Assembly: GCA_038087875.1 (NCBI GenBank)
Contig: CM075981.1
Location: 6,882,001 to 6,946,000 of the forward strand
Source: Malacoraja senta
Lineage: Eukaryota
Length of the DNA stretch: 64,000 nt
Reading direction: 5' to 3'
A program made the position numbers and the translations under genes. The notes below the pieces were generated by a model that worked only from the letters and a program-made list of their open reading frames with translations, had not been told where the DNA came from and did no database searches. This document shows, piece by piece, positions 62,234 to 64,000 of this stretch; positions within the stretch are counted from its first letter, which is position 1; each line of letters starts with the position of its first letter.

Positions 62234-64000
62234 ATAAAAGGACGTAACTTTAGAATGGAGATGAGGAGGAATTTCTGTGGACAAAAGATGGTGAATCTTT
62301 GCAATTCATTGCCACAGAAGGGTGTGAAGAGCAAATCAATAGATATTTTAAAGGCAAAGATTGGTGGATTCTTGCATACTAAGTGTATCAGGGGTCATGG
62401 GGAGTAGGCAGTAGAATGGGGTCAAGAGGGAAAAATGGATCAGCCATGATTGAATGGTAGAGTAGACTTGATGGGGCGAATGGCCTAATTCTGCTCCTAT
62501 AACTTATGAACATGAATTTAAGGAATCCCATTGAAAATTTCTGAATAGTAGATAGAGTCATAGTGGAAATAGGCCCTTCACCCCAACCATAACACACCAG
62601 CCAATATGTCCAATCTACACTAGTCCCACCTGCGTGCATTCGGCCCATATCCCTCTAAGTCTGTCCTATACATGTACCTGTCCAAATGTCTCTTCAACTT
62701 TGCAATCGTATATACCTCAACTACCTCGTCTGTCAGCTCGTTCCATACACCCACCAACCTCTGTATGAAAAAAATGTCCCCTCAGATTCCTATTACATCT
62801 TGCCTCCTTCACCGTAAACCTATGTCCTCTGGTTCTCGATACCCCTACTCTGGGCAAAATACTCCAGACATCTACCTGACCTATGCCTCTCATGATGTTC
62901 TATTCTTATGATCCTTATGGGGATTTGCCAGGACTCGAAGGCCTGAGGTGTAGGGAGAGGTTGTGTAGGCTAGGACTTTATTCTTTGGAATGCAGGTGGA
63001 TGAAGGGTGATTGTATAGAGGTGTACAGGGCCATGAGAGTAATAGATCCGGTGAATGCACTGATTCTTTTACCCAGAGTAGGGGAATCGAGAAGCAGAGG
63101 ACTTACTGTAGGTTTAAGGTGAAAGGAAGGAAAGCTTTGATAGGAACCTGAGGCGTAATGTTTTTACACAGAGGGTGACGGGGATATGAAACGAGCTGCC
63201 AGAGGAGGTAGTTGAGGCAAGAATTATCATAACATCTTAGAGACATTAGATACGTCCATGGATAGGAAAGCCTTACAAGGATATGGGCCAAATGTAGGCA
63301 GGTTGTACTAATATAGGTGGGGCACGTTGGTCGGTGTGGGCAAGTTGCTCCAAAGGGCCTGATTCCACGATATGTGACTCCATGACACTATAACTGCAGA
63401 TGATGGCTAACGTACAAAACAAAACAAAAGTGGTTTATGCAAATGATCCAGGGAATGATTGGGTTAACGTATAATGTGTGTTTGACAGCATTGGGCCTGT
63501 ACTCACTGGGTGAGGGTAGACTCATTGAAACGTAGTTGTAGTTTAGTGATACAGCATGGAAAAAGGCCCTTTGGCACATCGAGTCCACGCTGACCAACAA
63601 TCACCCATATGACAGTTTAGTTTAGTTTAGTGATACAGCATGGAAACAAACTCCTTCGGCCCACCGAGTCCACGCCGACCAACGATCACCTGTACACTAG
63701 CTTAGTTTAGTTTAGTTTAATTTAATTTAGTTTAGTTTAGTTTAATTCAGTTTAGTTTACTGATCCAGCGCGGGGAAACAGCCCCTGCTACCTACTGAGT
63801 CCACGCCAACCAACAATCACCTGTACATGAAGGTCATGTTTGACTAATCGTCTTGATTTTTTGAAGAAGTTACTCGGGAAATTGATGAGGGTAAAGCCGT
63901 GGATGTTGTATATATGGACTTCAGTAAGGCCTTTGACAAGGTTCCTCACGGAAGGTTGGTTAAGAAGGTTCAATGGTTGGGTGTTAATGGTGGAGTAGCA

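Larger units (their letters stand above)
57500..64000. mobile_element. Tandem decayed CR1 ORF2 fragments (mostly + strand) and SINE tails downstream of C
   Basis: GLKADKSQGPDALHPRVL, NYRPVSLTSVVGK and CLTNL.EF motifs repeated. Three ~85-bp tail copies with (TTTAG)n at 63540-63830. Confidence 0.85.

Overview
Eukaryotic, repeat-dense genomic DNA with about 14 N-gaps, from a cartilaginous fish (skate/ray-like; inferred from the repeat families and the TCR sequences). The core is a compact T-cell receptor beta (TRB) locus. It has two near-identical V genes on the - strand (leader + V exon + perfect 23-RSS; TRBV30-like, ending CAWS) and one V gene on the + strand (23-RSS). These are followed by four J segments (12-RSS), one D segment (12/23-RSS), a fifth J, a C-beta Ig-domain exon and a divergent TM-like exon. 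Order: V(-) V(-) V(+) J1 J2 J3 J4 D J5 ... C TM. Main oddities: no D is visible upstream of J1-J4; the inverted TRBV30-like genes lie 5' of D-J-C; there is no C between J4 and D; no hinge (Cys) exon is visible and the TM motif is altered. The rest is transposable elements (decayed Gypsy LTR element, near full-length CR1 LINE, L2, L1, Penelope, Tc1, SINEs), long GA/CT tracts and a ~5 kb GAGACGGG minisatellite. All calls were made by eye from the sequence; no database searches were run.
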